Shown: positions 34,079 through 43,479, counted from the first letter of the stretch. The stretch: DNA of 64,000 bases from Eubacteriales bacterium (GCA_045122255.1 JBGVHJ010000130.1:2208-66207), one strand, 5' to 3'. Notes: a model not told the origin generated them from the sequence alone. Translations and numbers: made by a program.

Positions 34079-35269
34079 ATGAAATTCAACTACAGAATAC
34101 TATCGTTTTTACTGGCTCTGTTGCTGACTATCGCAATATTTACCGGTTGCAACACCACGGGCAATGAAAATCTTTCCGACGTGCCCTCAGAAAGCGAAAG
34201 CTCCGAGATAGAATCAAGCGAGCACGGCTCCGGCGAGGAAAGTGAAGGTATCGATTCGTCCGATACGGTGTCAGAAAGCGAAGAAAGTGAAGAGAGCGAC
34301 GAAACCTCAGAAATCACGGCAACGAGCGGCGAAGAGACCACAAGCGAGATCGAAAGCTCCGAAGAAAGCGAAGTTCTTCCCCCTCTCGAAATACACGAGG
34401 CGTTGGGTTCCCCTGCAGGCTATCTCCCCGCAGGAAGCTACGAGGAGGCTATCGAGAGAAGCAAAAATAATCAGCTTTCGGGATACGATTTCGTGCCCGA
34501 TCAGGCTCCGATCCTTTCCGAATACCGCCCGATGCAGGACGGCAAGTACGTAAAGAACACCAACTCGTACTACGCGGACTACAACACCTACGTAGTCGTA
34601 GACGCTTACGGCAGAGAGGTCTTCCGCATTTATCGCGGTGGCGCGTACATAACTCTTGAAGAGGTTGCCGCATACGTTTACGCCTTCGGCACATATCCCG
34701 CAAATCACACGTACACAAAAACCACCAGCGTTTCGGGTAACGCATGGGGCAAATATCTGCGCTCCAATCACTCGAAATTCAGCGGCAACACATCCAAATA
34801 TCCCTACGAGCCCGAGCTTCCCCGAATCAGCGGTTGCGGTGGAGATCTCCAATACTGGGAAATGGATATCGGAACCACGGGCACAGACTGTGATCCCTCT
34901 TATTCTGCCGTTATATACAATAACGGCACAAAGATCACTCGCGGTGCCGCGAGAATAGTTTACACCTGGAACGACCTTAACGGAAACGGCATGACCGATC
35001 CCACCGACATCGTTTTTGTCTTCTACACCTACAACCACTACAACGATTTTCAGGAATATCTGAATTATTACGGCGGTTGGGGCGAAATGTTCGGAAACAT
35101 CACGGGCGGAGGCAAGATCTCCAGCAAGTACGATTACAATCCCACGCCGTATGTACCCGTTGTAAACGGTTCGATAGAGGCAAGATTTGAAGAGTCCGCC
35201 CCCTCAGAGTGCATCATCCTGCTCGCCTGGATCGACCGCAGAGCATTTGAGCTTATTACAAACGCATAA
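34079..35269 (+). CDS. Surface lipoprotein with a barnase/binase-like (N1/T1 superfamily) ribonuclease domain
   Basis: The lipobox is IFTGCN, followed by an acidic S/E linker. The core LEEVAAYVYAFGTYPANHTYTK..GNAWGKYL..YWEMDIGT..RGAARIVYTWN..VFYTYNHYNDFQEY parallels the barnase pattern (VADYLQTYHKLPDNYITK..EADINY..R..RILYS..YKTTDHYQTF) as I remember it. Confidence 0.65.
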   Translation: MKFNYRILSFLLALLLTIAIFTGCNTTGNENLSDVPSESESSEIESSEHGSGEESEGIDSSDTVSESEESEESDETSEITATSGEETTSEIESSEESEVLPPLEIHEALGSPAGYLPAGSYEEAIERSKNNQLSGYDFVPDQAPILSEYRPMQDGKYVKNTNSYYADYNTYVVVDAYGREVFRIYRGGAYITLEEVAAYVYAFGTYPANHTYTKTTSVSGNAWGKYLRSNHSKFSGNTSKYPYEPELPRISGCGGDLQYWEMDIGTTGTDCDPSYSAVIYNNGTKITRGAARIVYTWNDLNGNGMTDPTDIVFVFYTYNHYNDFQEYLNYYGGWGEMFGNITGGGKISSKYDYNPTPYVPVVNGSIEARFEESAPSECIILLAWIDRRAFELITNA

Positions 35270-35273
35270 TATA

Positions 35274-35308
35274 AAAAACCGACGAAAGCTTTGCTTTCGT
35301 CGGTTTTT
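35274..35308. terminator. Bidirectional intrinsic terminator between the convergent RNase and surE genes
   Basis: AAAAAACCGACGAAAGC-UUU-GCUUUCGUCGGUUUUU has A/T runs on both sides. Confidence 0.85.
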
Positions 35309-35311
35309 AGT

Positions 35312-36034
35312 TTATTTATAAAGATCCTTAAGCTTAGCATACGCCGCAAGATCGGTCTTGTTTGCGGTAAGAGGAGAGATAGATACGTAACCGCCTCTTA
35401 TAGCGTTTATATCCACCGCAAGGTTGCTGGGATCGCCCTTGACCGGCTCACCGACCTGCTTGTACATGTCGTTTCCGCAACAAACGAAGGAATCACTGTA
35501 GAACATTCCGCCCTGATGGGTGATCCTGATCCCCTTGCTCTTTTCGGTGGGGATATTCACGTTAAGAAGCTCGGTGTGCTTGAGTAGCTCCTTCTCTTCG
35601 ATAAAGGAATATACCTCGTCAAGCTCTGCTACGGCATTGTCAAATCCGTCCTTGTCGGTGGAAAAGGCGATCGCCTTAAAGCCCATTCTCGAAGCCTCAA
35701 ATATAGCTCCGATAGTGCCTGAATATGCGATGTCGTCTCCGAGATTATAGCCGTAATTGATTCCCGAAAGTATCAGATCATACTCTCTTTCAAGCCCAAG
35801 CACTCCGAAACGGACACAGTCGGCAGGAGTTGAATCCATCGCCCAAGCCTCAATGCCGTCGAACTCGACGCGCTTGATCTCTACGGGATGAAAGAAATCG
35901 ATCGACTGGCTCTTTCCGCTCTGCTCTACCTTGGGCGCCACCACGGTGACCTCACCCAGCTTCTCTGCCCAATGAGCAAGGGCTCTCAAGGACTTGGATG
36001 CAATACCGTCATCGTTAGTCACAAGTATTCTCAT
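35312..36034 (-). CDS. surE: 5'/3'-nucleotidase SurE
   Basis: MRILVTNDDGIASKSLRALA..VVAPKVEQSGKSQSI..GINYGYNLGDDIAYSGTIGAIFEA. The ATG at 36034 overlaps the upstream stop (ATGA). Confidence 0.9.
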   Translation of the reverse strand: MRILVTNDDGIASKSLRALAHWAEKLGEVTVVAPKVEQSGKSQSIDFFHPVEIKRVEFDGIEAWAMDSTPADCVRFGVLGLEREYDLILSGINYGYNLGDDIAYSGTIGAIFEASRMGFKAIAFSTDKDGFDNAVAELDEVYSFIEEKELLKHTELLNVNIPTEKSKGIRITHQGGMFYSDSFVCCGNDMYKQVGEPVKGDPSNLAVDINAIRGGYVSISPLTANKTDLAAYAKLKDLYK

Positions 36035-37014
36035 ATCCAGCCCTCGTTGTTTTCCTTGTAGTCCTTCAGTCTCGCGTCGCACTCCTCAAGAATAGCCTTG
36101 ATCTCCTTCTTGGAGTTGAGCGTAGCGCCTGCCGCGCAAGCGTGACCGCCGCCGCGATATCTTTCAGCGATCTCGCTGATAGTTACAAATCTCGAGCGCA
36201 GACGAACTCTTATGTTCTTCTTTTCTGTGTTTTCAATGAAAGCCAACCACATAAGGCTCCCTCTGATCGACTCGAGGTGCGAAACGCACGCACTTGCCTG
36301 CTCGCCCGAAAGTCCGAACTTCTTCTGCATAGCCTTGTCAACGATGATATACGCCACACCGTTTTTCGTAACCTTCATCTTTTTATAGACGTATGACTGG
36401 AACTTCAGCTCCTCGAAATCCTTGATATAGAGATTGGCATAAAGCGTATCGGTATCAATGCCGGCATCGAGAAGCATACCCGCATATCTCATGGTATCTC
36501 CGTCCACCGAGCGGAAGCGGAAGCGTCCCGAGTCGGTGACCATACCCACGTAAAGGTAGGTTGCCGCCTCCTTCGTAAGCTGAAGCTCGTCGCGGAAGGT
36601 GCTCCAGAATTCAACCACCATCTCGCAGGTAGAGGACTTCTCCTCCTCTATCCAGCAGTAGTCTCCGTAGGGCTTGTGGTCGATATGGTGGTCGATCTTA
36701 GCAATCTCACGGCAATTCTTGTATTTCTGATTTGAAATTCTGTCCTCGCTTCCGGTATCAAGCACAAGCGCCAGCGCATCGGCATAAAGCTCGTCCGCAA
36801 TAGGCTCGTCCTCACCGCCAAGGAAGCTGAGATAATCGGAATAATCGTTGTTAAGAAGATATATCTCCTTTTCAGGGAAGGACGCGCGGAGTATTTCGCG
36901 CATACCCTTGGTAGAACCGATAGCGTCTCCGTCGGGTCTGAAATGACGGAATATGATAATTCTGTTATATTCTTTTATCTTTTGGAGTATCTTCTCCATA
37001 TTTTCTCTGTTCAT
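36031..37014 (-). CDS. DHH/DHHA1 family phosphoesterase, NrnA-like (oligoribonuclease/pAp phosphatase)
   Basis: The motifs are FRHFRPDGDAIGST, LVLDTG, KIDHHIDHK and GGGHACAAG. Confidence 0.85.
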   Translation of the reverse strand: MNRENMEKILQKIKEYNRIIIFRHFRPDGDAIGSTKGMREILRASFPEKEIYLLNNDYSDYLSFLGGEDEPIADELYADALALVLDTGSEDRISNQKYKNCREIAKIDHHIDHKPYGDYCWIEEEKSSTCEMVVEFWSTFRDELQLTKEAATYLYVGMVTDSGRFRFRSVDGDTMRYAGMLLDAGIDTDTLYANLYIKDFEELKFQSYVYKKMKVTKNGVAYIIVDKAMQKKFGLSGEQASACVSHLESIRGSLMWLAFIENTEKKNIRVRLRSRFVTISEIAERYRGGGHACAAGATLNSKKEIKAILEECDARLKDYKENNEGWI

Positions 37015-37952
37015 ATCTGTTCCTCTGCAATTCTATTAAGATCTTCAAGCAGCATCATAGCCTCGTCGTAATTCTTCAGGGTGCATCCGCTTGCCTTTTC
37101 GTGACCGCCGCCGCCGTACTTTACCGCGGTGCGGTTGATATTGTAACGGCTGGAGCGAAGCTCGCAAAGAATGCCGTCCTCAGTCTCGGTAAAGTTGACC
37201 CAGATATCGACTCCGCGGATCTCGCCCATAACGCCGACCATACCGCGTGAAATTGTGAAGGTATCAACTCCGCTCTCGCGCGCCTCATCTGCGGTGGTAT
37301 ATATATATGCTACGTTTTTATCCGTAAATTTAACCTTAAGCACGAACTGTGCGCGCAAACGGATATATGAAAAATCGTCCGCATAGAGGTTTCGGTATAT
37401 TTCCGACGTATCTATTCCCGTCTCCAGAAGGATCGCCGCACGTCGCAGGGTGTCGGGCTTAGTGGAATCATAGCGGAAGCGTCCGGAATCGGTGACCATA
37501 CCGGTGTAGATCGCCGCAGCCGCCTCGGTCGAGATCTGCCAACCCGCCTCCACAGCGAGGGAGACGATAAGTCCGCAGCAGCTTTCATAGCTTGTGTCGG
37601 TCACCTCAACGTTTGCGATCTTTTCACAGAATATGTGATGGTCTATTCTCGCGGTCTCTGCGGCAAGATTATATCTCGTATCGCTTATAAGCGCGCTTGC
37701 AGAGGTATCGAGAATGATGGCGAGCGCACCTGCGTAATCCTCATCAAGGACGGTGTCGGGGGTGCTATCCTTAACAAAGGCATATCTTCCCGCTCCATCG
37801 CCCACGGCAAGCACGCGCTTGTGGGGATAATTCTCGGCGATCAGCTTTTTAAGTCCGATCTGGCTTCCGATAGCGTCGCCGTCGGGCTTGGTGTGTCTGT
37901 GGATAATTACCGTGTCGTATTTCTCGATCAAAGAAATAATAGATTCAAACAT
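37011..37952 (-). CDS. DHH/DHHA1 family phosphoesterase, NrnA-like (second paralog)
   Basis: The motifs are HRHTKPDGDAIGSQ, IILDTS, RIDHHIF and GGGHEKASG. There is a 4-nt overlap with the downstream paralog. Confidence 0.85.
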   Translation of the reverse strand: MFESIISLIEKYDTVIIHRHTKPDGDAIGSQIGLKKLIAENYPHKRVLAVGDGAGRYAFVKDSTPDTVLDEDYAGALAIILDTSASALISDTRYNLAAETARIDHHIFCEKIANVEVTDTSYESCCGLIVSLAVEAGWQISTEAAAAIYTGMVTDSGRFRYDSTKPDTLRRAAILLETGIDTSEIYRNLYADDFSYIRLRAQFVLKVKFTDKNVAYIYTTADEARESGVDTFTISRGMVGVMGEIRGVDIWVNFTETEDGILCELRSSRYNINRTAVKYGGGGHEKASGCTLKNYDEAMMLLEDLNRIAEEQI

Positions 37953-37964
37953 TTCCGTCTCTCC

Positions 37965-39167
37965 TTACATATCAAAATAGCCTTTGTATTCAACGCGCAG
38001 ATCGCTGTTCGGGAACAGGTAGGCGTGAAGATCGATGAGATAATCGTCGGTCATGCTGGCGATATAATCAACAACGATCTGGTTAGGCTCTGAGCTTTCA
38101 TAGGCTGTCTCACGCTTATAGTGAGCAGAATTGATGTAATCAATGTGATGCGAGAAGATGGGCGAGGTGTGATTATTCGCCTTGAGATCGTCAAGCAGCT
38201 GACCGTATATCTCCGCCATCATAGGTCGCACGGTGGTATTAAGTCCCGCAAGCTTCGCGGCATTGTTATATATCAGCTCGTAATTTTCCTTTTGAGACTT
38301 CTTGAGCGCATTGAAGTGCTTGGCATCGAGCTTGATATGATCCTTGCCGTAGCTGTTCTCTATTATATTGACGACAAGATTGTTTATGATCTCCGCATTG
38401 ATCGAGCCGATCTCCTCGTTATAGAATACGCTTTCTTCAACTATCTTCGCGCGGGACGCGTCCTGGCGGTCCTTTCCGAGGTAAGCGATGACGTCGGAAA
38501 TGCGCACAACGACGCCCTCAAGTGTATTGGGCATCAGCTTCACGGTGAATTCCTTACTCTCGTAGCATTTTTCAAGGATCTTGTCAAACTCGTCAAAGCC
38601 GCTTATAGGCTCAACGTGATATTCGTCGCAAAGCAGCTCACCGTTATGCGTAAGTATGCCGCCCAGAGTCTGAAGGCTTATGTTATAAGGGAAAATACCG
38701 TCAAGAACTCGAACCGACTGAACGTTGTGATAAAAATGTCTTCCGGTATGGTTGAAATATAGCTCGTCGAGGTATTTTTCGCCATTGTGAGCAAAGGGTG
38801 GGTGACCGATATCGTGACCCAGCGCGATAGCCTCGATAAGATCGAGGTTGAGATGCAGAGCCGCGCCAATGGTGCGCGCGATTCGGGAAACGAGCTGAAC
38901 GTGCAGACTGCGACGGGTTATATCGTCATTTTTGCAAAGAGAAAATACCTGAGTCTTGTCAGCGTATCGGTTGTAGAACGGGCAATGCATTATTTTATCG
39001 ATATCGTGAACAAAGGTGGGGCGCCAGACCGTGGCGGTATCCTTAGAAAGATTATGGCGACGAATCACCTTATCGTCAGGGAAAGAAACGTCTTCATAGA
39101 CTCCGCTTTCCTTGGCAAGGCGGATAGCCTCTGTCGTAGCATTTGAAAGCTTTTCGTATTTCGGCAT
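37965..39167 (-). CDS. HD domain phosphohydrolase (dGTPase-like dNTP triphosphohydrolase family)
   Basis: RSLHVQLVSRIARTIG..IALGHDIGHPPFAHNGE..VRISDVIAYLGKD matches the dGTPase-like HD pattern. Confidence 0.8.
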   Translation of the reverse strand: MPKYEKLSNATTEAIRLAKESGVYEDVSFPDDKVIRRHNLSKDTATVWRPTFVHDIDKIMHCPFYNRYADKTQVFSLCKNDDITRRSLHVQLVSRIARTIGAALHLNLDLIEAIALGHDIGHPPFAHNGEKYLDELYFNHTGRHFYHNVQSVRVLDGIFPYNISLQTLGGILTHNGELLCDEYHVEPISGFDEFDKILEKCYESKEFTVKLMPNTLEGVVVRISDVIAYLGKDRQDASRAKIVEESVFYNEEIGSINAEIINNLVVNIIENSYGKDHIKLDAKHFNALKKSQKENYELIYNNAAKLAGLNTTVRPMMAEIYGQLLDDLKANNHTSPIFSHHIDYINSAHYKRETAYESSEPNQIVVDYIASMTDDYLIDLHAYLFPNSDLRVEYKGYFDM

Positions 39168-39418
39168 GGTTTATCCTCCGTTAATATTTGAAAGCCTCTG
39201 ATTTTCCGCAAAATTCCATTTGCGGTCTTTCGGGGCGGGATTTTCGTGAAATTATTCTGTATTGCAATAAATCTCCTTTTACATTATAACACAACTTTCG
39301 TCAAATTTCAATATTAAATTATATTTTTCCTTTTTTTCTCTTGCCCTTGAGACGAAAATATGGTATACTTATACATAGAGAATTATTATGCCCCCATCGG
39401 GGTCGAAAGGATATGTAA

Positions 39419-40003
39419 ATGGCAAAGCTTTATTTTAAATACGGTGCGATGGGCTCGTCCAAAACGGCAAATGCGCTGATCACAAAATTCAATTATGAGG
39501 AGCGCGGAATGAAGGTCTGGCTTATCAAGCCCGCCCTTGACGATCGCAACGGAGTCACCAAGGTCCACTCAAGAATAGGCATTGAGGCTGACGCCTTCGT
39601 GGTTTCTCCCGAGACCGATCTTATCTGCGAATTTGAAAATCGCAAGGACATTCACGCCATTATTGCCGACGAGTGTCAGTTTTTCACCACCGAGCAGATC
39701 GATCAGCTTCGCCGCATAGTAGATGAATACGACATTCCCGTGCTCTGCTTCGGACTGAGAACCGACTTTCTTACCCGACTTTTCGACGGAAGCAAAAGGC
39801 TTTTCGAGGTTGCCGACTCGATCAACGAGGTAAAAACCATCTGCGCCTGCGGAAAAAAGGCGATCGTTAACGCGCGTATCGACAGTGAAGGCAGGGTGCT
39901 CGTGGAGGGCGGACAAATACTTATCGGCGGCAACGACGCATACGTTGCTATGTGCCATAGCTGTTGGAAAAGAGCAGCCGCGAAATATACAAAACCCGAA
40001 TAA
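39419..40003 (+). CDS. tdk: thymidine kinase
   Basis: It has the P-loop YGAMGSSKTANAL, IIADECQFF and a C-terminal zinc ribbon (CACGKKA..CHSCW). Confidence 0.92.
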   Translation: MAKLYFKYGAMGSSKTANALITKFNYEERGMKVWLIKPALDDRNGVTKVHSRIGIEADAFVVSPETDLICEFENRKDIHAIIADECQFFTTEQIDQLRRIVDEYDIPVLCFGLRTDFLTRLFDGSKRLFEVADSINEVKTICACGKKAIVNARIDSEGRVLVEGGQILIGGNDAYVAMCHSCWKRAAAKYTKPE

Positions 40004-40005
40004 TA

Positions 40006-40047
40006 AAACCAAACACCGACGAGAAGCCCTCGTCGGTGTTTGGTTTA
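40006..40047. terminator. Bidirectional intrinsic terminator between tdk and the convergent 40068 gene
   Basis: AAACCAAACACCGACGAG..CUCGUCGGUGUUUGGUUU is an 18-bp perfect stem. Confidence 0.85.
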
Positions 40048-40067
40048 TATTGAAATGAAATTGCGAT

Positions 40068-41432
40068 TTATTTCGTCAAGAACAACAGCTTATGCTTTTT
40101 CACGCTGAATCGGTCGGAGATCATGCCGCTTTCTCTATCCGTCCATTTGTCCTTGAGCACTATTTCGTAATCCGCGTCGGACAGGTTTCCAACCACAAGA
40201 TATTTTTCGTGGCTGACAAACATCGAAATATTGACGTTTTGCGGAATGGGGGACAAAATATCGTCGCTTTCGGTCAGTCCGATATAAGCGATGGTATTTT
40301 CCTCCACCATAGGCTTATAGAGCTTCATATACTTGCTCCAAGTGGGGTAATCGCGCTCGTCATCGGGTATCGCAGACCAACGGCTGTGCACGTAAGGTCC
40401 GTCGGGATGCTCCTTGTTGTAATCGTAGACCGCCTTTTGGAACTTATATCCACCGCCCGGCTCAGATCCCGGAGTGCAATACATAGGCACGTTCTCATCG
40501 ATGACTCTGCCTCTGAGGGGTCTGCCGCAGGAGGTGAGCAACGGGAACTGGAGGAAAGGTATAACAGCGGTGAAGAAATAGTCGGGGTCCTTGATAGCCG
40601 AAAGTGCTTTATCGGGACACGGCACAACGTAAAACGGGAAATGCTTTCCAACGGTCAGATTATCGGTGCTGGCGCCCTCTCCTATCCAGAGGTAATCGTA
40701 TACCTTATCAAGACAGGGAGCGGGAGAATTGTAATTGATATGCAGCTTATAGATACCGCCGCGCTTCTTTACCTCTCCGTAAATGGTAGCAAGAAGATCC
40801 TCGAGCTCGGGATCATAGCCGCCGCCCGGCACGTCATCTCTCTTTATGTAATTATTTCCGTAGAAAAAGCTGCTGTCTGTGCCGTAATCGTTATATATTC
40901 CGTCAAAATCGTGGCGGTCAAGGACTTGGAAGGTCTTGGGCAGAATGAAATTTCGCCACTCCTCACTGCTTGCAGAGCAGACGCGGTACTGAAAATGAGT
41001 TCCGGTTCTGCAATAAAGCTTTCTTATGGTGAAGCTTTCCTTGAAATCGGGGTCAAACTCGTGGAGAAAGCCCGACGAGATATAGGGGATGACCTTTATG
41101 CCGAAGTCGTGGCAAAGCTTTATGAAATTATCAAGCCCTTTAGGGTCGAAGCTGGTGTATTTATCTGCGCCAAAGCGACGGATATGGTCGTTCCAATCCT
41201 CATGCAGCTGAATAAGCTGAACCCCGTTTTCCGCCATTCCCTTTATCATATTATAATCGTATTCGGTGGGCTCGATGGAAAAGGGCGCGGGATAGTCGCC
41301 AAGATGATAGACCGCCTGAGCGGGCAGATATTCGCCTATTCTGTGACGGCAAGCAAAGCTATGATTGCCAATAACCGCGCTCTTGGTGTTTTCAATGCGC
41401 GCTCTGTGCTCTTCAAGTGTAAGAAATTTCAT
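40068..41432 (-). CDS. hypothetical protein (possibly a glycoside-hydrolase-like TIM barrel), last gene of the amino-sugar operon
   Basis: A 454-aa ORF with clean coding potential. I recognise no diagnostic motif. The function guess rests only on context and an alternating beta/alpha pattern. Confidence 0.6.
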   Translation of the reverse strand: MKFLTLEEHRARIENTKSAVIGNHSFACRHRIGEYLPAQAVYHLGDYPAPFSIEPTEYDYNMIKGMAENGVQLIQLHEDWNDHIRRFGADKYTSFDPKGLDNFIKLCHDFGIKVIPYISSGFLHEFDPDFKESFTIRKLYCRTGTHFQYRVCSASSEEWRNFILPKTFQVLDRHDFDGIYNDYGTDSSFFYGNNYIKRDDVPGGGYDPELEDLLATIYGEVKKRGGIYKLHINYNSPAPCLDKVYDYLWIGEGASTDNLTVGKHFPFYVVPCPDKALSAIKDPDYFFTAVIPFLQFPLLTSCGRPLRGRVIDENVPMYCTPGSEPGGGYKFQKAVYDYNKEHPDGPYVHSRWSAIPDDERDYPTWSKYMKLYKPMVEENTIAYIGLTESDDILSPIPQNVNISMFVSHEKYLVVGNLSDADYEIVLKDKWTDRESGMISDRFSVKKHKLLFLTK

Positions 41433-41551
41433 TTGAATTCTCCTTTATGTATAGAGATCAATTAAATTTTAATCCATAACGGAGAAAAAGTCAAGTTTTT
41501 TCAAAAAATCAGTATTATTGTGCCGATTTCGCGGAAAATAATTCAAGGTTT

Positions 41552-42709
41552 TTAATCACCGAAATCAACGATATTTCCGCCAACGAAGACGTGGGAGACG
41601 TTTATATCCTCGTCGAAGGCAATAACGTCTGCATCCCTTCCCTCGGCGATAATTCCCTTGTTAAGTCCAAGAAGCCTTGCGGGATTTTCGGTCAGCATTC
41701 TGACGGCATTGGGTACATCACAGTCACAGCCGTCCTTCAAGGTTCGGATAAGCACGTCAGCGGTAGCAACGCTTCCGGCAAACGCCTCGCGGCTCTTCAG
41801 CTTGGCAACTCCGTCCTCGACGATAAATTCGGTGCCGCACATTTCGCCCTCTACAATATCCGAGCCTGCAACAGAGAGACTATCGGTACAGAGGATCACC
41901 TTGTCATATCCCTTTATCTTGATTATCATTTTGATAAGCTCACACGGAAGATGACTTCCGTCGGCAATTATCTCGGCAATAAGCTCATCGGAAAGGAAGG
42001 TGGTCTCAATAACGCCAAGGCTTCTATATCCCTTATTTCTCGTCACCGTTGACATAGTAGAATAAAGGTGGGTAATAAGATTACAGCCGTTATCGATTGC
42101 GGTCAGCATATCCTCATATTTAGCGTCGGTATGCCCTGCAGAGGCAATAATTCCTCTATCAGTGATGTATTTGCAGAAGGCGCCCTCTTCGTCATTCTCA
42201 GGGGCATATGTCCACCTGGCGACGTATTTTCCGTATTCCTGCACGGCATTCACATACTCTTCTTCAATGGGAGGTGTTATGTGATCGGGGCATTGTGCTC
42301 CGCAATGCTTTTTTGAGAGATAAGGGCCTTCAAGATGCGCGCCGATGATGTTTGCTTTTGCTTTTTTTGAGTCCATCGCCGCTCTGATATTTTCAAGAGA
42401 GCACATCATATTTTTATACGCACTTGCCGAAACGGTAGGAAGTATCGAGGTCGTTCCGTGCTTTAAGTGGAAGTCACAGCCCGCGATCACGTCCTCGGCG
42501 CTCGAATCGGCGAAAGCAAAGCCACCGCCGCCGTGAGTGTGGATGTCAATAAAACCGGGGCTTACGTATTTGCCAGTGAGATCGTAAAGCTTGTCGCAAG
42601 CAATCGCAGAGCACGATATTTTTGAGATAACTCCATTCTCAAACGCGATATAGCCGTCGAAGAGCTCATTCTTTATAATGATCTTATCGCTTTTGATGGC
42701 TACGGTCAT
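41552..42709 (-). CDS. nagA: N-acetylglucosamine-6-phosphate deacetylase
   Basis: The motifs are GFIDIHTHGGGGF, GAHLEGPYLS and ASAGHTDA, with a 4-nt overlap to the nagB-like gene. Confidence 0.85.
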   Translation of the reverse strand: MTVAIKSDKIIIKNELFDGYIAFENGVISKISCSAIACDKLYDLTGKYVSPGFIDIHTHGGGGFAFADSSAEDVIAGCDFHLKHGTTSILPTVSASAYKNMMCSLENIRAAMDSKKAKANIIGAHLEGPYLSKKHCGAQCPDHITPPIEEEYVNAVQEYGKYVARWTYAPENDEEGAFCKYITDRGIIASAGHTDAKYEDMLTAIDNGCNLITHLYSTMSTVTRNKGYRSLGVIETTFLSDELIAEIIADGSHLPCELIKMIIKIKGYDKVILCTDSLSVAGSDIVEGEMCGTEFIVEDGVAKLKSREAFAGSVATADVLIRTLKDGCDCDVPNAVRMLTENPARLLGLNKGIIAEGRDADVIAFDEDINVSHVFVGGNIVDFGD

Positions 42710-43479
42710 AATGTCTCCCCCTTCAAAAGCGCAGAGCTGTCGGGATCGAGATAAAGAGTTGCATTCTTATGCGTTCTCAAAATGCTCGCGGGACAGTGCT
42801 CGTCTATGCTTCCCGTCACCGTCTCGTTTACCGCCCAGGCCTTGGTCGCGGCGGGCACGATGCAGAATATGTGATCGGTGTTGACAAGCGTGGGGATAGT
42901 AAGCGTCAAAGCGCACTCGGGAACAGAGTCAAGATCAGCAAAGCAACCGTCGTTGACCTGCTGCTGTCGGCAAATAAGATCGAGAGAAACCGCCTTAACG
43001 GTCTCCTTGTCGTCAAATTGCGCCACGTGAGGATCGTTAAAGGCAATGTGACCGTTCTCGCCGATACCCATAACCACGATATCGGGGCGGTTTTCTTTAA
43101 GACACGCGGAATATCTTGCGCATTCCGCGTCACTGTCGGTAGCCGACGCGTCGATATAATTCACGCTTTTAAAGGGAACGAGCGCAAAAAGTCGGTCGCG
43201 GAGGAAGTTACCGAATGCCTGAGGAGCGCTTGCAGGAAGACCGATATATTCGTCCATATGATAGACATTTATTCTTCCCCATTCGATATCCTTGTCAGCC
43301 GCCAGTGCCGCAAGGACCTCGTTCTGCGAGGGCGCGGCGGCGAAGATCATATTTATTTCAGATTTTTCCTTAAGGATCTCTGCAATGGCATTTTTTATAT
43401 CATTCGCGGCTCCCTCTCCCATTTCGGCGCGAGAGGGATATATTTTTATATTAAGGCTATCCTTTTTCAGTTTTTTCAT
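42706..43479 (-). CDS. nagB: glucosamine-6-phosphate deaminase/isomerase family protein
   Basis: IFAAAPSQNE..VYHMDEYIGL..VMGIGENGHIAFNDP is the NagB/6-phosphogluconolactonase family pattern. Confidence 0.82.
   Translation of the reverse strand: MKKLKKDSLNIKIYPSRAEMGEGAANDIKNAIAEILKEKSEINMIFAAAPSQNEVLAALAADKDIEWGRINVYHMDEYIGLPASAPQAFGNFLRDRLFALVPFKSVNYIDASATDSDAECARYSACLKENRPDIVVMGIGENGHIAFNDPHVAQFDDKETVKAVSLDLICRQQQVNDGCFADLDSVPECALTLTIPTLVNTDHIFCIVPAATKAWAVNETVTGSIDEHCPASILRTHKNATLYLDPDSSALLKGETL

Noticed and set aside
40092-41465. 457-aa plus-strand ORF
   Set aside because: It is antisense to the 454-aa minus-strand gene, which fits the operon orientation and has a proper start context. 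The plus-strand frame has no RBS.
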